A stretch of DNA of 6,035 bases from a virus, in the IMG/VR virus record IMGVR_UViG_3300045988_002477; one strand, 5' to 3'. The position numbers and the translations under genes are program-made. The notes below the pieces were generated by a model. It was given only the letters and a program-made list of their open reading frames with translations, did not search any database and was not told the DNA's origin. Below, piece by piece: positions 3,418 to 6,035 of this stretch. Numbering within the stretch: position 1 is the first letter of the stretch; each line of letters opens with the position of its first letter.

Positions 3418-4254
3418 TTAATTTCCTCTGTATGCGTTGAATGCGTCCATGTTTGGCATGATTGGCACTCTTTGGTTGTATTTTTTGAAGTTTCCTGCTG
3501 TTTCTTTGGTTGCTTTTTTGGCTTTTTCACCCGCTTTTGCAAGTCCTGAGCCTAACTTGTTAGCTGCATAGCTGTATTGTTGTACCTGTTTTGCGCTTGA
3601 GCTTGCTAGCTCGCTTGCTGACTGTTCCCAGGTTTTTGCAGCCTTATATTGTTTTGCGCTGGTACTCTGCTTTGCTAGCTGTAAGTATTTGTCCGCTAGT
3701 TCTGCCGTGTTGTTGCCGTATTCGTACATTGCCGATACACTTGCTGCTTGTGCGCTCTGTTGGTTATAACTTTGGCTTCCGATGTTTGCAGATGCTCCGC
3801 TTGTTGAGCTTGTCGCTCCGTTGGTTGCCGCTAGAATAGGGTTGATGCCAGCTGCAATCATGTCTTTTACAGTATCTTGATAGGCTGTTCCCCGCATTTC
3901 TTTTTGGAAAGCTCTTTCAGCTGCTGCTTCTGCGCTGTTGTATTTCTTGGCGCTTGCTTGGCTTCCTGCGTTTGCGAGGTTGCTTAATAGTCCGCTCATC
4001 ATTTGCAGTGCGTTTGCGGTGTTTACGCTGTTTTGATTTCCGAACATTGTGACGCCTGTTGGTGTACTAATTTGCGTTGCACCAATCTGCTGCGGTGCCG
4101 TTAAGCTTCCGGTTGTGCTCTCGCTACCTGTGCTGGTCTCGTTGCCTGATCCTTGGCTGTTTTTGGCGCTGCTCTGGTTGCTGCTTGTTGCGATGTTGGT
4201 TAACATGCCTAGTCCTTGCATGATGTACGGTAGTAACTGTAACAATGTCTCCAT
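3418..4254 (-). CDS. DNA pilot / minor capsid protein (Microviridae VP2, phiX174 protein H analogue)
   Basis: The 278-aa protein has S/T/Q/N/A-rich low-complexity flanks around the conserved core YNSAEAAAERAFQKEMRGTAYQDTVKDMIAAGINPILA, which is characteristic of microvirus VP2. It lies directly downstream of VP1. Confidence 0.9.
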   Translation of the reverse strand: METLLQLLPYIMQGLGMLTNIATSSNQSSAKNSQGSGNETSTGSESTTGSLTAPQQIGATQISTPTGVTMFGNQNSVNTANALQMMSGLLSNLANAGSQASAKKYNSAEAAAERAFQKEMRGTAYQDTVKDMIAAGINPILAATNGATSSTSGASANIGSQSYNQQSAQAASVSAMYEYGNNTAELADKYLQLAKQSTSAKQYKAAKTWEQSASELASSSAKQVQQYSYAANKLGSGLAKAGEKAKKATKETAGNFKKYNQRVPIMPNMDAFNAYRGN

Positions 4255-4282
4255 TTAAAAATAGCCCCGCTTTTGCGGGGCT
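4255..4282 (-). terminator. Intrinsic-terminator-like hairpin between VP1 and VP2: AGCCCCGC-AAAA-GCGGGGCT followed by ATTTTTAA, abutting the VP2 ATG
   Basis: The 8-bp GC-rich perfect stem (4275-4282 / 4263-4270) has a 4-nt loop and is followed by a T5 run on the minus strand. The element sits between the strong SD AAGGAGGA (4290->4283) and the VP2 ATG (4254). Confidence 0.6.
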
Positions 4283-4292
4283 TCCTCCTTTC

Positions 4293-5984
4293 TTAGATTC
4301 TCTCGATGCCGGGAATACTGTAGATAGGCATCTCCCGGAACCACTCTTCGCTGAAATAGAAATCACACAAGAACTGATGTGATACGTTGCTTGTTACTGC
4401 AATCGTCCTGTCGATGTTCTCTGTTCCTTCTTGAATCCATTCCGCCGATAGTCGCGGCAGAGTGGTATAGTGGTCCGCATAGTGCCATGCGTCCAGACTT
4501 GTTGCGAAGTTTGACCTCATTTCTCCGGTTACGTAAGAAGGCTTGTAGCGGTAGTCCGCCCACGCCTCTTGGTACCCAAAGATTTCGTTATCTTCTGACG
4601 TGCCTTGTGCATAGATTTCACGGTTGTATACCGGCTGTTCGCCCAGTGCTGCCAATCGCGGGTCGTAGTATGTGAATCGCCCGCCTCGTGTCCACTTGGT
4701 CGCAAGTCCCTGCTGGTAGCTGTGTTCTACTCGTACCACTGCCAGACCGATGATGTAGCCGTATTCGGTCGCTGCATAGTCAACCATCTGTTTGCTGCAC
4801 GTGGTCAGGCTGTACGCTGCGGTATTGCCCAGTGCCTGCCCGGTTGTCGTGTCCGTCTGGCTTGTCTGTACGACCTGATTAACGTTGATGGCGATACGCT
4901 GTCCGCCGATGTACTCGGGAATCTGCAGACGGCTGTCCGGACTTGTTACGCCCCACGTACCACTCAGGAATTCACGGTATCGCGTGCCGTTTCGTGCATC
5001 AGCCTCGAAGATGTGCTGCAGTGCAATGCTCATTCGGAGGTCTGCAATGCTGATTGCCGTTACGTTGTTCAGGTTGGCGTATAGGTTGCCTGTTAGGATG
5101 TTGCCGCCGTCTGGCTGAGTTGTTGCTCCGTTGGTGTCTAAGCCTGCCAGTTCTACCGCCGGGTATCCTGGTTGTGTATTCTGGTAATGCCGGTTGAAGG
5201 CTCGCCCTGCTCCTGCTCCCTTGCCGTTTAACCAGATGTCGGTGTCCATGTCGAATGCTTCTACTTTGCCGGTAACTTCGTTGTAGTTTCCCATGACGAC
5301 TGGTGCGTCACCTGTCAGGTTGATTTCCACAGGGTCAGATTTCAACGGCGACGGCATACAGGACGTGAAGTAGTCGTGGAACTTTCCCGCCTTTGCCGGT
5401 TTCATTGCGTATAACCACGCTGAATCGTTTGCCGTGGTATTTTCTGGTGCGTTTACTACCTTTCCGGCAATGGATGCCGGATTCGTAGATGATCCCCCTT
5501 TATCCGTTTTGTTATAGCCCAGCATCAACGGTGCTTCTAGGTTTTCGTCTCGAAACCATTCGTTGTAAATCATTGCGTATGCGCGTGCTGGCAGTGCGTT
5601 GACTTTGATTTTGTTTTTCACCTCGGTCGGCAGTCCAAAATAGTCGCCGATGCTGCCATTAGCTAGACCGCTTGTGCCGCCGATTTCACAACTTGGCGTG
5701 CTGTATTCAGTCTTTTCCGCCCAGTAATTGGTGTCATTCTCACCGAACATATTTTCGAAATGTTCCCACAGCAGACGTGTGGGCACAAAGAAGAAATATG
5801 TGTCCATATAGCAGTTATCCATGATAGGATAGATAGGAGTGCTCATGCGGATAAGCCCGTTCAAGCGCACCCGTGCCGTATCACCCGGAAGTACCTCGTC
5901 GAGGTAGATAGGTACCAGTTCGCCTTCGTTGATGGTCGTCAAGAGCTGGTGACTTCGGTCAAATTTGCTTCGTGGTCGTTGCAT
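4293..5984 (-). CDS. Major capsid protein (Microviridae VP1 / phiX174 protein F family)
   Basis: The 563-aa protein begins MQRPRSKFDRSHQLLTTINEGELVPIYLDEVLPGDT...FFFVPTRLLW, the hallmark N-terminal signature of microvirus major capsid proteins. Its size is typical for gokushovirus-like VP1. The start codon lies inside the terminal repeat (5984 = 68). No SD is visible within 25 nt of the ATG. Confidence 0.97.
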   Translation of the reverse strand: MQRPRSKFDRSHQLLTTINEGELVPIYLDEVLPGDTARVRLNGLIRMSTPIYPIMDNCYMDTYFFFVPTRLLWEHFENMFGENDTNYWAEKTEYSTPSCEIGGTSGLANGSIGDYFGLPTEVKNKIKVNALPARAYAMIYNEWFRDENLEAPLMLGYNKTDKGGSSTNPASIAGKVVNAPENTTANDSAWLYAMKPAKAGKFHDYFTSCMPSPLKSDPVEINLTGDAPVVMGNYNEVTGKVEAFDMDTDIWLNGKGAGAGRAFNRHYQNTQPGYPAVELAGLDTNGATTQPDGGNILTGNLYANLNNVTAISIADLRMSIALQHIFEADARNGTRYREFLSGTWGVTSPDSRLQIPEYIGGQRIAINVNQVVQTSQTDTTTGQALGNTAAYSLTTCSKQMVDYAATEYGYIIGLAVVRVEHSYQQGLATKWTRGGRFTYYDPRLAALGEQPVYNREIYAQGTSEDNEIFGYQEAWADYRYKPSYVTGEMRSNFATSLDAWHYADHYTTLPRLSAEWIQEGTENIDRTIAVTSNVSHQFLCDFYFSEEWFREMPIYSIPGIERI

Positions 5985-6035
5985 TCGCGGTACTTGTGCG
6001 AAATGGTTTTCACTGTTTCGGTTCGTTTTCCTTCA
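5917..6035. repeat. Right copy of the exact 119-nt terminal redundancy
   Basis: Identical to 1-119. The window ends exactly where the identity would continue, as expected for a linearised circle. Confidence 0.97.

Larger units (their letters stand above)
1..5916 (-). other. One complete unit of a circular Microviridae (gokushovirus-like) ssDNA phage genome; all genes on the minus strand
   Basis: The hallmark gene set is present: VP1 major capsid, VP2 pilot, VP4 Rep and a J/ORF8-like basic peptide. An exact 119-nt terminal overlap gives a 5,916-nt circle, which is within the Microviridae size range. Gene packing is continuous across the junction: the 143-aa ORF ends at 94 and the VP1 ATG is at 68 (= 5984). 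Confidence 0.93.

Noticed and set aside
4124-4563. Minus-strand alternative-frame ORFs of 80 aa (4124-4366) and 66 aa (4363-4563) overlapping the VP1 3-prime end and the VP2 5-prime end
   Set aside because: They have no SD and a low-complexity basic composition. The 80-aa frame runs straight through the terminator hairpin and the VP2 start. I looked for a phiX174 E-like embedded TM peptide here and saw no hydrophobic stretch.
33-5118. All plus-strand ORFs in the track (33-296, 49-522, 56-346, 560-748, 828-1058, 1577-1843, 2577-2834, 3591-3839, 4049-4258, 4379-4675, 4605-5084, 4885-5118)
   Set aside because: Each lies antisense to a well-supported minus-strand gene. They have a Cys/Phe/Leu/Ser/Arg-rich mirror-frame composition and no SD sites, and they resemble no known family. 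This is typical of shadow ORFs.

Overview
The window is a complete, circularly permuted genome of a small ssDNA phage of the family Microviridae, with gokushovirus-like gene content. Bases 1-119 are repeated exactly at 5917-6035, so the true circle is 5,916 nt and the duplication is an assembly overlap. All credible genes lie on the minus strand and are tightly packed. Most have strong AAGGAG-type Shine-Dalgarno sites, which suggests a Firmicutes-like or other SD-dependent host. Reading the minus strand, the gene order is: major capsid VP1 (5984->4293); DNA pilot/minor capsid VP2 (4254->3418); a 557-nt non-coding region (3417->2861); rolling-circle Rep VP4 (2860->1871); a near-consensus promoter; an orphan 73-aa gene; a peptidase M15 cell-wall hydrolase; a 38-aa arginine-rich J/ORF8-like DNA-binding peptide and a 34-aa ORF (both below the ORF-track cutoff and found by hand); an 84-aa conserved small protein; and a 143-aa VP3-like protein that ends just before the VP1 start across the circle junction. 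The most unusual part is the long intergenic region upstream of rep. It holds nine same-orientation copies of TGTTGAA(A)(A)C in three clusters, which resemble both DnaA boxes and Spo0A boxes. It also holds a 16-nt palindrome adjacent to and overlapping a relaxed-consensus DnaA box, a (TAG)6 microsatellite, a 35-nt alternating purine-pyrimidine tract, and two very stable G7/C6-stem hairpins with alternative pairings. I read this region as a candidate replication-origin/regulatory module that is not described for microviruses. The peptidase M15 gene, with no visible holin or signal peptide, is the second notable accessory feature.
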